Shown here: piece after piece, positions 1 to 11,391 of the stretch | Layout of the letters: every line of letters starts with the position of its first letter | Numbering within the stretch: the first letter of the stretch is position 1 | From: Owenia fusiformis | Taxonomy: Eukaryota | DNA: 64,000 bases | Assembly (NCBI GenBank): GCA_903813345.2 | Contig: CAIIXF020000001.1 | Coordinates: 35,588,001-35,652,000, forward strand | Direction of reading: 5' to 3' | The notes under the pieces: model-generated | The model's database searches: none | What the model was told of the DNA's origin: nothing | Seen by the model: the letters and a program-made list of their open reading frames with translations, nothing else | Program-made: the position numbers and the translations under genes

Positions 1-1110
1 TCCTATCGACAGAGGGTTTAAGGTAAATGGTCCAAAAGTGAATTTTGCGAGACAGATGGACAAATCAATGTTAACTAAAATGGCTGAAAATAAATAAATG
101 GATATAAGTTTTCGCTGATTTTTCGTAACAAAATTATTTCATACATCTACTTTTTACTTTGCTATGGATTTCTACAATGTAGGACACTTGAAATTATTTG
201 TAAAGCTAGGAAATGGGTCAAAAGTGAATTTTGCGAGACAAAAATGGCGGCCATTTTGAAAATAGGCGAGCTTTTGAACCAGGAGTCATAGGGGAGTTTT
301 CTGAATTTATGTTGAACAGAAATAACTGAAAACATGAATCCTATCGACAGAGGTTTTAAAACGTGCCACTGTTATTGACAGAAAGTGGATTTCGCGAGTC
401 AGATAGACAAATCAATGTTAACTAAAATGGCTGAAAATAAAAAAATGGATACAATTTTTCGCTGATTTTTTGTAACAAAATTATTTCATATATCTAATCT
501 TTACATTGACATGGATTTTTACAATGTAGGACACCTGAAATTATTTGTAAAGCTAGGAAATGGGCCAAAATTGAATTTCGCGAGACAAAAGTGACGGCCA
601 TTTTGAAAATAGCCGAGCTTTTGAACCAGGAGTCATAGGGGGGTTTTCTGTATTGATGTTGAACAGAAATAACTTAAAACAGGAATCCTATCGACAGAGG
701 TTAGCTAGGAAATGGGCTAAAAGTGAATTTCGCGAGACAAAAGTGACGGCCATTTTGAAAATAGGCGAGCTTTTGAACCAGGAGTCATAGGGGGGTTTTC
801 TGTATTGATGCTGAACAGAAATAACTTAAAACAGGAATCCTATCGACTGAGGTTAGCTAGGAAATGGGCTAAAAGTGAATTTCGCGAGACAAAAGTGACG
901 GCCATTTTGAAAATAGGCGAGCTTTTGAACCAGGAGTCATAGGGGGGTTGTATTGATGTTGAACAGAAATAACTTAAAACAGGAATCCTATCGACAGAGG
1001 TTTTAAAACGTGCCACTATTGTTGACGGACAGACAGACGGACGGACAGACGGACGGACAGACAGACGGACAAGTGAGTGATTGCAAAAGCTCACCATGTG
1101 AGCTAATAAA
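1..1110 (+). mobile_element. Helentron/HINE-like non-autonomous element (5' end outside the window) with internal ~120-350 bp tandem units, a (GACG/GACA)n microsatellite and a terminal hairpin
   Basis: Repeated blocks 'tcctatcgacagagg' and 'cttttgaaccaggagtcataggggg'. Microsatellite at ~1024-1070. Terminal stem-loop AGCTCAC..GTGAGCT (~1088-1103) followed by an A-rich tail. Confidence 0.7.
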
Positions 1111-1215
1111 ATGTCCATGACTGACATGATGATGCTAAATAATCGAACCAAAATTATGTATAGGCTTGTAGGTGTCACGGACATTTTTACTTAAAGTGTG
1201 CGCCAAAGTTTAAAA

Positions 1216-1283
1216 CTGCGCAGGCGCACCGCTCTCGCTAAACTATATAAAGAGATTACCAGGTACACGATTCAGAGGTAAGC
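1216..1283 (+). promoter_or_regulatory. Putative Pol II core promoter plus short first exon (NRF1-like site, TATA box, 5' splice donor)
   Basis: TGCGCAGGCGCA at 1216-1227, TATATAAAG at 1244-1252, then AG|GTAAGC at ~1278. No downstream coding exons identified. Confidence 0.3.
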
Positions 1284-4200
1284 CAGGAAGGCGAACAATC
1301 TTCGTCTCGTGATGATTTCCCGTATAATCGTAACCAGGGAAGTTTCACCATTGAAATTGAAAATTACTATTACATATACTTTGAAGATGTTATTTATGAA
1401 GCTATTTAGTGTATGTATCAATCAAATGTCTCATTTTGGACATATAAAAAGTATTTGTCTTTTGTTTCACGGGGAATCGTATTCCCATATAGTACACACA
1501 TAAATAGTGTACATACATATTGAATAGCCTGGTATAGTAACACCGTGTTTATATAATATTGAAGGGCATGCTGATTGTACACACGAGTACATGCATGCTA
1601 GAAGGCCTAATTTTATATAGCTTGCATACCTAAATAAAAAATAAACCCTTCTAATCCCCTTATGTAAATACGGCGGTATACGTAGCCCGATTTATCGGAA
1701 TCTTTAACGCTAATGGATATTTTGATCCCAGTGTTAGCAGTTAGTGAATAGGAGAGTAGGTGATGAGACTGTGTTATCTCCAAAACTAGTGCACGATAGT
1801 TTTTTATTTTATTTTTTTGCACCCAAGAAGTTATTTTAAAATAAATAAAAGTCATAGGTCACCGACTTCGTTTTTTGTAATTGCTCTTCAAAAAATACAA
1901 TTAAAAAAAATTTACGTTCTGTCTAATATTTTGTTAATTGTAAGAAACATTAGAAAGGCTATTACTGTGTATGATTCATTAAATCCATCAAAATGATGTA
2001 TCAATATAAAGTAATAATATAAATAAACCTATCGGTAACGGATAAACGATGAGCCTTGGGTATTATGTGAAAAATAGCCAAGGCCCATAGGCCCGCGGCT
2101 ATTATTTTTTCATTCATGGTTTATCAAACATAAACTCCTATTAAAGGTAAATAGTCCATGATCCAATCTGGAAATTTGTAAATTTTGGATTGCTTGTGAA
2201 GTAACCTCTTCTATTTTGATGCTTCTCTGCCATATCAAATCAGAAAAAACAAAATGGCTGATAGACTTCAAACTACAAGAAGGCACAGGCTAATTACACT
2301 AAAAACTAAATCTGAAAGATACAATTGTCCTTCGTGTGCGGTATGATTTCTTTACATCATATTATCGCATGCTGGTCTTCAGATTTCTTACTTCTAAGTT
2401 CAACTGGTCATCATGGAGCAAGTTAATAGAATGTATACCCCAAGTGTCTCTCTGAAAGATTATAAATAATTAATATATCAATCTGGTAATATTATCTGAG
2501 GCATGACTAATATCATTGTAAAGTTTTTGCTTCGAATATTACCCTGGCAACTGTATTTTTTCATTCAGAGCTCTGGCGTCTGTTAATATTCTTTGTGAGA
2601 AACCCCGGAAGATTCACTCATGTCATTTCCGGGACAATTACGAAAGTGATTCCTGCAATTCCATCAAATATCATCATGAAATATACGTATTATTAAAACA
2701 TTATCGCATTATAAAAATTGGGACGTTTTTGGCCCACATTGCAGAATTAAAATGTTTTTTCAAGACAATATTGCAAAGAAACTTAGACCAGGTTCATGTC
2801 TCCTGTTCTTATGGTCACTTACTGGTGATGATAAACGATGTTTAACGCTAAAATGTTTTATTTTTGAAGAAAACATTATGACCTAGTATGGCCTCATTAT
2901 TACACCCCCCCCCATAATGTTGGCAACCCTTCCCCCGTTGTCTTACATGTTTAAGTCTCTATGTTTGAACTTTCATGTCCATAACCTGCAAAGGAAAACT
3001 AGAAAACCTAACTAGAAAACAGCAAATCCATGGAGTAGCATTTGAACTAATTCCCTTAACTGGTATTTGAGTTCTCAAAAATTGCGTTCTTTTATGAAAA
3101 ATGGCGGCCATTTTGAAATTCAGCTGACATCTTAAAATTCTTTTTTTGAGCAGAGCAGCATATAAAATTTGATCCAAATCCGTCTTGTGGAATTTGAGTT
3201 ATCAAATATTACATTTTAACGAAAAATGGCGGCCATTTTGAAACTCAGCGGCCATCTTAAAAATATATTTTTAAGCATTTTAACTAAATCCGTTAACTAG
3301 TATTTGAGAAAAATGGTGGCCATTTTGAAATTCAGCTGACATCTTAAAATTATTTTTTGAGCAGAGCTCCTGTGTGACTGTTCCGAGGCATCAGCATATA
3401 AAAATACAAACAAAGAGGACAAGTAAGCCTATGGGGAAAATGTTGCCAAATGTATTTAGGGAAGAGTACAAACATCATGAACTATTTTGCCGGAATATCA
3501 TCCATTTAAAGTGTTTCCCCATATGTAGGGTGAAAAACGCGGAATATATTACTTATTTACCAATAAACATCTTTCCACCAAATATGAAGGAAACCCATGC
3601 ACCGTGAGACACTTTTTGAGAAGTATTTTTCTCTGCAATGGATGAACCGATTTTTTAAAACATTTTACTGAGTAACTTTGGGGTAACATTGTATCAACAA
3701 CAAGTCTGTAAAATATAGACGATCTGTCACAAATTATTCAAATTTAAGGCAAAATATCCTTAGGAATTTATCAGTACTCGCATAATTTGTAACAGATCTC
3801 TTCTAAATCAATTAATTTGGTTGGTCCATTGCTGAGAAAATATTTGTCAAAAATGTCTCACTTTGGGACATCCGATATATAGTATGGACTGCAGTTTGAC
3901 GTAAACTCCATGAAGACACCAACCCCTATCCGATATGCCTGACTTGGAAAACAAATGAAAATCAGTCAGCTATAAGTAGTGCCTTCAAATCACTCCGCTG
4001 TAGTTTGAAATAAAATTAATGATATCATTCACTCATCTTGGAAATGTTTTCAGAAAGATCAGTACCTGTCCTATAAAACTGATCCTCAGTCCATACACCA
4101 AACAGGCCCTGTGCAGAGTTCCGCCAGTGCAGGAAAAGTGCCATTTTCAAATTGTTCATATCATGAATAAATCTATTTTACACCGTAAAATATTCATTAC

Positions 4201-4346
4201 CGATGAATTCAAATTCATTAGAATAATAACACATTTTCCTTATTAAGAAATAATCAAGAATTTTTATTGAATAGAATATATGATCATATTTACAACTTAA
4301 ACATTTTTGGTGGCGCCAGCGCCACTGCCATTTACACTATAGTTGA

Positions 4347-4474
4347 TGCCTGGGTCACATTTGCTCCGATTCAACGGCCGGCGCCCGGCCGATTGTTCAC
4401 AATTGTATTAGTTTTGATCAGAATACTCAATCGGCCGAACGCCGGCCGATGGATCTGAGCAAATGTGACCCACA
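4347..4474. mobile_element. Small palindromic MITE, PIF/Harbinger-like
   Basis: TIRs TGGGTCACATTTGCTC / GAGCAAATGTGACCCA. Termini resemble the TTA-flanked element at 55240-55729. Confidence 0.6.
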
Positions 4475-4489
4475 TTACGAGGCGTATAG

Positions 4490-6125
4490 CCTTTTTATTT
4501 TTTCGTGAAGCCACTCAGTAAAATTAGGATTTATCTGCAACCCGATGTCGAATCAAGATCATTCAAGTATTTATGTGTTCCTGACACGTGTGGGCGTCCG
4601 GGAATAACGTCTGCCCAGTTTGTACGCGAAATTGACGTAATTCTTGACTGAAATCGGGAAAACAAAATTTGAGATTCACAAACAAAATTGCTTGTGAATA
4701 TTATTTACAAAAGTGTGTTTTATTTGAAAATTTTGGGTACGCCCCAGTTGTCCGAAACCCAATTCTCCGAAACCCAGTTGTCCGAAACCCAAAAAGGTTA
4801 TTAAAACACAATATACATTACGGAACACTTTATCCTATCATCTTTAATCTCTTTCATATTGGCAAAATAAAATGAAACATTTTGAAACAGATAAGTTAAC
4901 GCATAGAACTTTAAGAATAAAACAGTATACATATTATGTTGTCAAAATATTTCGTCGCATTTAATTTCTTAGTCTCTGTCTCTTATCAAATCATAAAAGA
5001 ACAAAACATTCTAAACCCAATCACTTGGGATTTATTTTTCGGCATTTGTTTCCGGCATTTGTTTTATGTTCTTCTCCTGAAATGTATTTGCTTGACAATA
5101 ATCAGAGAAAGTGCGTATACGTATTTTGCGTGGTATATTCTGTCACGCAAACAAACGGGTGTGACTTCAATTTCTTGTCTGTCTGAGGACGTATTGGGAA
5201 TGAGGTAGAATTAAAGAATTCTTATGAACGAGTCATGCAAGATACTTAGTAAAGTAATTTATTGGATAAGTTAATTTCTGATGGATCTAGATAAAATATG
5301 TTTCAAAACTTTGTGAACACTAGATAACTACATTTAGGCAGCAGCAGATATAGTATCTTTATATATTTGGCTACCGACACCGTGCGTTTAAAATACGTTC
5401 CTAAAACTATGAAGACGTTAGGTGAGAAATATTGCTATTGTACGTTCTAAAAGTATTTGGTTGCATTTTGTAGTTCTCAAGTTTCCTATGAACTTTCGTA
5501 GGCTAAACATGAAACAATTAATGTCCTGACTTAGCATATTTAGCCTAATTTTGCAATGATGTCAACGTGATTCCAATGTTATGTTGTCGTGATTCGCAGA
5601 GGTTGCGACAACTGAGATTCGTTTAAAGAAATTGTATTTTTTAAATAAGATCCCCCTAATTTTCGGAGAACTGGGTTTCGGAAAACTGGGTTTCGGAGAA
5701 TTGGGTTTCGGACAACTGGGTTGACCCCGAAATTTTCTATATTTCAGTTTGAACATGTTATTACATGTCATGTAGCCCAGTTTTATATGGGGATTATATG
5801 TACTTTACAAGAAATCTGCAGGTTTTATCTGGGTTTGTATTGTCTTGGGGCTTTTCGACTTTAAAACAAAGCTTACCTAAATGGATTTGTGTTTCGGGAA
5901 CATTTTTGTAAATAGTTAAACAATTCTGAAACAATAACACATATTTTTGTCTTCCCGATTTCAGTCATGAATTACGTCAATTTCGCGTGCAAACATTGGG
6001 TAGACGTTGTCATTACCGGATGCCCAAACGTGTCAGGAACACATAGATACTCGAATGATGTTGATTGGACATCAGGGTGCAGAAAAATCGTAATTTTACT
6101 GAGTGGCTTCACGAAAAGATAAGCA
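4490..6125. mobile_element. MITE with ~180-bp imperfect TIRs, interrupted by a nested element
   Basis: 4501 'tttcgtgaagccactcagtaaaatta...' is the reverse complement of ~6091 'taattttactgagtggcttcacgaaa'. Similarity extends to ~4670 and ~5945. Confidence 0.8.
4735..5728. mobile_element. Nested TIR element with 15-bp subterminal repeats (Mutator-like MITE)
   Basis: (CCCAGTTGTCCGAAA)n at the left end and its reverse complement at the right end. GGG...CCC termini. Imperfect 8-9 bp flanking duplication gaaaatttt / gaaatttt. Confidence 0.7.
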
Positions 6126-6928
6126 GCACTTTAGGCCACCTTAATTTAAATTAAAATACAACAAAGTAAAATTATGGAAAGAGCAATTAAAAGCTTGCTT
6201 CTAGACTCTGGATTGATATTTCTTCACCCAGTTGTGTGTGTACGAGAAGGTGAGTGGCGAGTAGCGGGGGGGGGGTCAACAAGGGCACGAAACTAGACTA
6301 TGTACCAGTACAACCATTTTATCAAAGGCTACATAAATCTTACATGTTAAGTGTTATGATAAACCCATCACTAGAGTAAAAGATCGTGTGTATGTATCGG
6401 TTGGAAGTTTATCTACCGGTATTTGTATAACATCAATTTATTAAATATTTAAATATGAATCAATGATGAGACATGGAAACAACTTTCGGACTTTCTTTTC
6501 AACTGAATTGTGAATATCATTTTCCCTTTCATCACAAATTTGCCTCGCCAATTTAAACTTGCCTCAAAGGCTATTTAGAGCATGGCTACCCCCCCTGATA
6601 ACCGAGGGAAGGATGGTTATTTCGAAAAGCAAATCTTCATTAGTCAAAACATTTTGGTGACCAGTTGCACTTTGATCCAACCACAGACTATCAGGACATA
6701 CGTATAAAAATGACTATACAGGTGAAAGAGTACACCTACAGTATCTATATAATTATAAATGCCCACAGGATAGAGCAATTTATGAGTTATGCTTTTTACA
6801 AAATGATCGATAGCTATCAAAAATATACGAATCCAATAATCATAACTAGACAACAGCAACGCCAAAACGTAGCAAATCCCATCGAACAGCCATGCCTATG
6901 CATGGCTGGCATTTTTATTAACAAAGTA

Positions 6929-8397
6929 CAGGGTGGTCCAAAAAAAGTGAACCCCTGCAACTGGCCATATTTCCCTTATTACTTGCAGGAATTATTTTTT
7001 ATTTTCACATGTTGTAGAGGAAGGTCTAAAATTTATGTTGGTACCATACATTTTTCTTAGTCTTGAAATTTGCAGAAATTATAAGCCCTAGCCAAACATT
7101 ACTGAAAATGGACAAATTGTGATTTTCAATATCCGCGATACTTCAACCCTTTAACACCTTTCCCCTGAGAATTTTTTAAGCTGCAGTCTTAAAGAACTAA
7201 TATTTTCTGACTTTGTTCAATTTAAAATCTTGCACATTATGGCTTAAAACTAGCATCCTACATTTGTTAGTTGCAAAGTTATTGTGATCCAAAGAGATGT
7301 GCTAAGCTTCCACAGACAAAAACATTTTCCAGTCAAATCATGAACATACCCCTATATGGTCTTGAAATGTCAATATCTTCATAAATCATGGACCAGTTCT
7401 AATGATATATGGCTCAAAACATTGAATATTGGATTTTCTTTTGATTTTTTAAAGATATTTGATGAAGGGGCTATCAGATTCCTGGTCACAGGGGGCAACT
7501 TCCTTCCATAAGAGGTCCCCCTCTAACTGTTGGTGTAGGTAACATACCCCTGAACTGTTGAACAGTTAAAATGCTTCAAAATGATCAATGAAAGTGTGAA
7601 TATCAGTTATCACACGTTTCAGCATGTGATACAGGAAATATTCCACGAAAGGTAATACTGTATCATCCACGAAAGCGAAGCTTGAGTGGTGATACATTGT
7701 TACCCGAGTGGAATATTTCCTGTATCACATAAGCTGAAACGTGTGATGACGATTTTATCACATGTCTAGGAATTTTGAAGCATTTTGATTTGGTCAGTTA
7801 TGATTGTGTTCAGTACTTCTGGTAACTATTATAATTTTTGATTTCGCTTTGAAACAATATGACGTCATACCGTTGTATTCGTACTTGTTTGTGAAATAGT
7901 ATGACGTCATATTGTTTTCCTTAGCTAGAAGTGATTTAATCAGTGACGTCACATCGTTGCTATTGATCATCACTGGTTGCCTCTAGTAACGTGTGAGACG
8001 GCCGTGTGAGACGGGAAAACTCACACGGTAATCAACCAATCAGATTACTGGAATTTTACAGAGCATGTGATAAATGTGTTTTCTGCTTGAATTGTGTCCC
8101 TTTTGTCATAATGGTAGGGTTTTAAACTTGTATCTCTAACTGAAAGCTGTTTAAGATCATCCAATGTGTTTCAACAATTTCCGTGAATCACATTTGTAAA
8201 ATTTTGTACAATATCTAATTTCCAGGCATGTTTGTTAAACGCTTGTAATTTTTTCAAAATTTAAGACTGAGAATAAAATATGACATCAACCATAATTTTA
8301 GACCTTTCTCTACAACATGTGATAATATGAGCCAATTCATGCATGTATTAAGAAAATTGTAGCCTGTTGCAGGAGTTCACTTTTTTGGACCACCCTG
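6929..8397. mobile_element. Tc1/mariner-type non-autonomous element, TA TSD
   Basis: TA|CAGGGTGGTCCAAAAAAAGTGAAC ... GTTCACTTTTTTGGACCACCCTG|TA, with long imperfect TIRs. Confidence 0.85.
7601..8074 (+). mobile_element. Hairpin + inverted-repeat element (copy A)
   Basis: ~140-bp hairpin 7607-7748 with GCGAAGC apex. IR TTTATCACATG (~7754) / CATGTGATAAA (8064-8074). Confidence 0.75.
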
Positions 8398-8709
8398 TAT
8401 ATAGCAAAAATCGTAAAATAACACACACAAATGGCCAACATTTTCAAAATGGTTGCTCACTACCCAAATTGTCATCAGAAAGTGTAATATGCTTCTAAGT
8501 AGACACACATGAATTTTCAACAAAATCGCACACAGCCAAAATGTCATAAGACAGTGTACCATCCATATCAAATATTACTTTTTGAGCTATAATAAAAAAA
8601 AAGTAAAAAACACGTAAACTGGCAAAAACTTTCAAAACCGGCCGCCTACCCAAAGTGTCATTAGACATCATGAAGCTACTGCAGCGACCCCCGGACCATT
8701 ACCACCATT

Positions 8710-9100
8710 ATCCTATGCCAATTAGAGTTTTAGGGAGATAAGTTGGTAAGATATATCCCGTATCCTGATTTTGAGGTTTCCATATCCAAAACCTCCATAT
8801 CTCCCGCTTCGGTGCATATCTTCCCGCTTCGGTGCATATCTTCCCGCTTCCGGTAAGTAGTGGAAATGCAATAAAATGACTTTGCATATGAACGATTTGT
8901 TTATTTTGACTATTGAAATGGCCATATGCCCCTGAAAACTCTACTTGGTATAGGATGAAGCAGTTATGTACGGTCGGTTTGGATATGGGGTTCATGCCTC
9001 GTGAGATATGCACATCTACCTTCGGTCCCTCAGGTAGATATGCATATCTCCCTCTGGATAAACCCCATATCCAAAACCTCCCAGTACAAAACCCTTATGT
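8710..9100 (-). mobile_element. Hairpin + inverted-repeat element (copy B)
   Basis: IR 8710-8735 / 8930-8956, then hairpin 8967-9087 with CTTCGG near the apex. Confidence 0.7.
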
Positions 9101-9404
9101 ATAGGCAACGCACAAATTATCCATCATGATCACTGTTCCACAACTAGTTACTTTGACGGAACGTCAATGTAACAAAATGGATGAACTTCCTGGATTTTTT
9201 TTGTTTTCTCGATTTATTAAACCTTCTTATAAGTCATTTGACACAAAGTTAATCAATAAAGTCTAGCTTTAAGAATTTCTCTCGGTTTGGAATTCATGTA
9301 TTTCAACCATCGCTTTTGTAACTTTGACGTAAGTCTGAAAGTAGCATACATGGGTAATACGTATAACGGACTTCGTCAAAGTACCAAAAGCGAGGGACTA
9401 AATA

Positions 9405-10470
9405 CAAGGGTCGTTCGAAAAGTCTTGCACGAAAGCTTCTCATGAGGAGAGATTTTATTATTTTTATGTGAAACTTCATACAGATATAGTATTACAAGCT
9501 TATATATATGATATTTCAGGGCCATAAACAATATACTTCCTGAGAATCATTGACTTAAAAATTTGAACCAAAGGGCCCATGGTCCATATGACGTCATTTA
9601 ATGCATTGAATTGATTTTGTGAATGCCTTGATAGGCTGAAATGGTTCCGTCAATCTTTGTTCTTTCAGCTTTTAATCAGGTTATGTTATAACTAATTTAT
9701 ATTTAATCTAAATATGCAGTACTTAACATGTAGTCTTCCTTTTCAGTAATGCATTATACTTGTAGCATTATGTCCAGTCCATAAGTTAATGTCTGAACCG
9801 TCCTACCTATAGGATATCAAGCCTTCTCATAACTGCAGTTACCCTCAATACATTTCCCTTCTCTTATTCCATCTTTGGAGACTCAGCAAACCCTATTGGA
9901 GTCATCATATGCAATATGTCTTTATCATGAATGAATATAACTTGACGTGTAATACTGTTTTCCCATTTATCATGTATTCTATCAATGTTTTCTGCTCCAA
10001 CTTTATTATTTCGAGCCACATTCTCCAATATTTTCTGAATTCATGAGAACTTTGATAACGTCATAAAATCAGGTGATTTTGAGATGTTTGAAGAGTATGA
10101 TTACGGTCATTCTTTGACATAACCAAAGAAAACAAGATGGAAAATATTGAGATAAGATTCACATTTGCCACAATAACAATACTAGAAATTATTTAAAAAG
10201 TTTGAAGTGTATGTAAGTTAATTTAGCATGTTTAGTAACATTGATCTTTATGTGTTACTAGTTATCTTTTACAAAATGATATGGACCATAGCGTCATCAC
10301 CGTGGTTACTATAGCAACCATAAAATGTTAAGTAGTAGGCGTATATATACACGAAACTTTGGCAGTGTAAGGAAATAAGATATGGGCACATACATACCAA
10401 CTATGAACACAATTGGTCCATTATTTTCACAATAAGATGTATTTGTGCAAAACTTTTTGAACAACCCTTG
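9405..10470. mobile_element. Tc1/mariner-type MITE nested in the Transib-like element
   Basis: TA|CAAGGGTCGTTCGAAAAGT ... ACTTTTTGAACAACCCTTG|TA. Confidence 0.8.
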
Positions 10471-10666
10471 TATATTAATTGCAACTTCATTTACAAAACA
10501 AATTCCAAATCGAAAAAACTTATCAAAGTCAGACTATATTTTCTAGCTTTGTGCCAAATTATAATCGGCAACTTGACTTATTTAAAGTAGGCTTAGATCG
10601 AGAAAACAACAAAAAACTCGTAACCAGGAAGTTCATCCATTTTGTTACATTGACGTTCCGTCAAAG

Positions 10667-10703
10667 CATGGGCTTTCAATTAGATTCTAGTTGAAAGCCC
10701 ATG
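10667..10703. mobile_element. P-superfamily-type excision footprint (17+3+17 bp, 7-bp TSD GTCAAAG)
   Basis: GTCAAAG|CATGGGCTTTCAATTAG ATT CTAGTTGAAAGCCCATG|GTCAAAG. The opposite arm of the host element has a single CTTTGAC (9151-9157). Confidence 0.75.
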
Positions 10704-11391
10704 GTCAAAGTAACTAGTTGTGGAACAGTGATGATCAGATCATGACATCTCATTTCAGTCTTAGCCAGAGAGGTTTTATGAGCATCAGAATGCAATTATC
10801 TAATATCTCATATACAGCATCCCTGGTATTGTACAACTCATAAATAATTCACAACATCTAATACAAAGAGTTCAAGGTATCGTTCACCTCATTAATGATA
10901 GAGAGGTTAGGCTTGTACTGTATTTAACGACATACACGGAAAGATGTAAGCGTATACGTTATTTTTTTTACTTATCTGATCTTGAATTAATAGAAATCAA
11001 GAAAAGTAAAAGAGACCGACTTGGGCAAGGCTAATGCTAAAGATGTACCTATAGATTTACCAATATACACGTATGGTATCATCCCTACATACATCCGTTC
11101 TAAACAGAAAGACTGAAGCTGAACGGGTATCTACTAAGGGAGACAATTGTATGCAATAATACGGGTACCCATTACGTTACACGTTTTCGTTTCGATGTTA
11201 TATGCAAGCTTACCGCCTCAGGCATGTAGCCAGGATTTCTCAAGAGGCGTTCTATTTTTGCTTTTCCATGGAAATTTCACCCCATACGCTACCAGATTCT
11301 AAAAGATATGCCTGTTTTCATGGTCAGAAAAAGCTCATAACCGTTGTTATAAATTGTTTGCGATAACCTATGTGGCATTTTGTCTTATGTA

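Larger units (their letters stand above)
6845..8680 (+). mobile_element. Helentron-like family copy (AACTAGAnAACAGCAA head) split by a Tc1/mariner MITE
   Basis: 6845-6928 joined to 8398-8680 is collinear with the uninterrupted copy at ~12985-13300. The same head recurs at ~3010, ~49832 and ~53987. Confidence 0.7.
9131..10730. mobile_element. Transib-like non-autonomous element (CAC..GTG ends, 5-bp TSD ATGAT)
   Basis: ATGAT|CACTGTTCCACAACTAGTTACTTTGAC ... GTCAAAGTAACTAGTTGTGGAACAGTG|ATGAT. The element is palindromic throughout. Confidence 0.75.

Noticed and set aside
1..1020. Regularly recurring repeats that might suggest a CRISPR array
   Set aside because: Whole units are repeated with no unique spacers. 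It is the tandem core of a Helentron-like element in a eukaryotic genome.
9131..9180. RSS-like heptamer/nonamer suggesting a RAG transposon
   Set aside because: Ends are symmetric, the nonamer match is weak, there is no 12/23 spacing and no RAG ORF.
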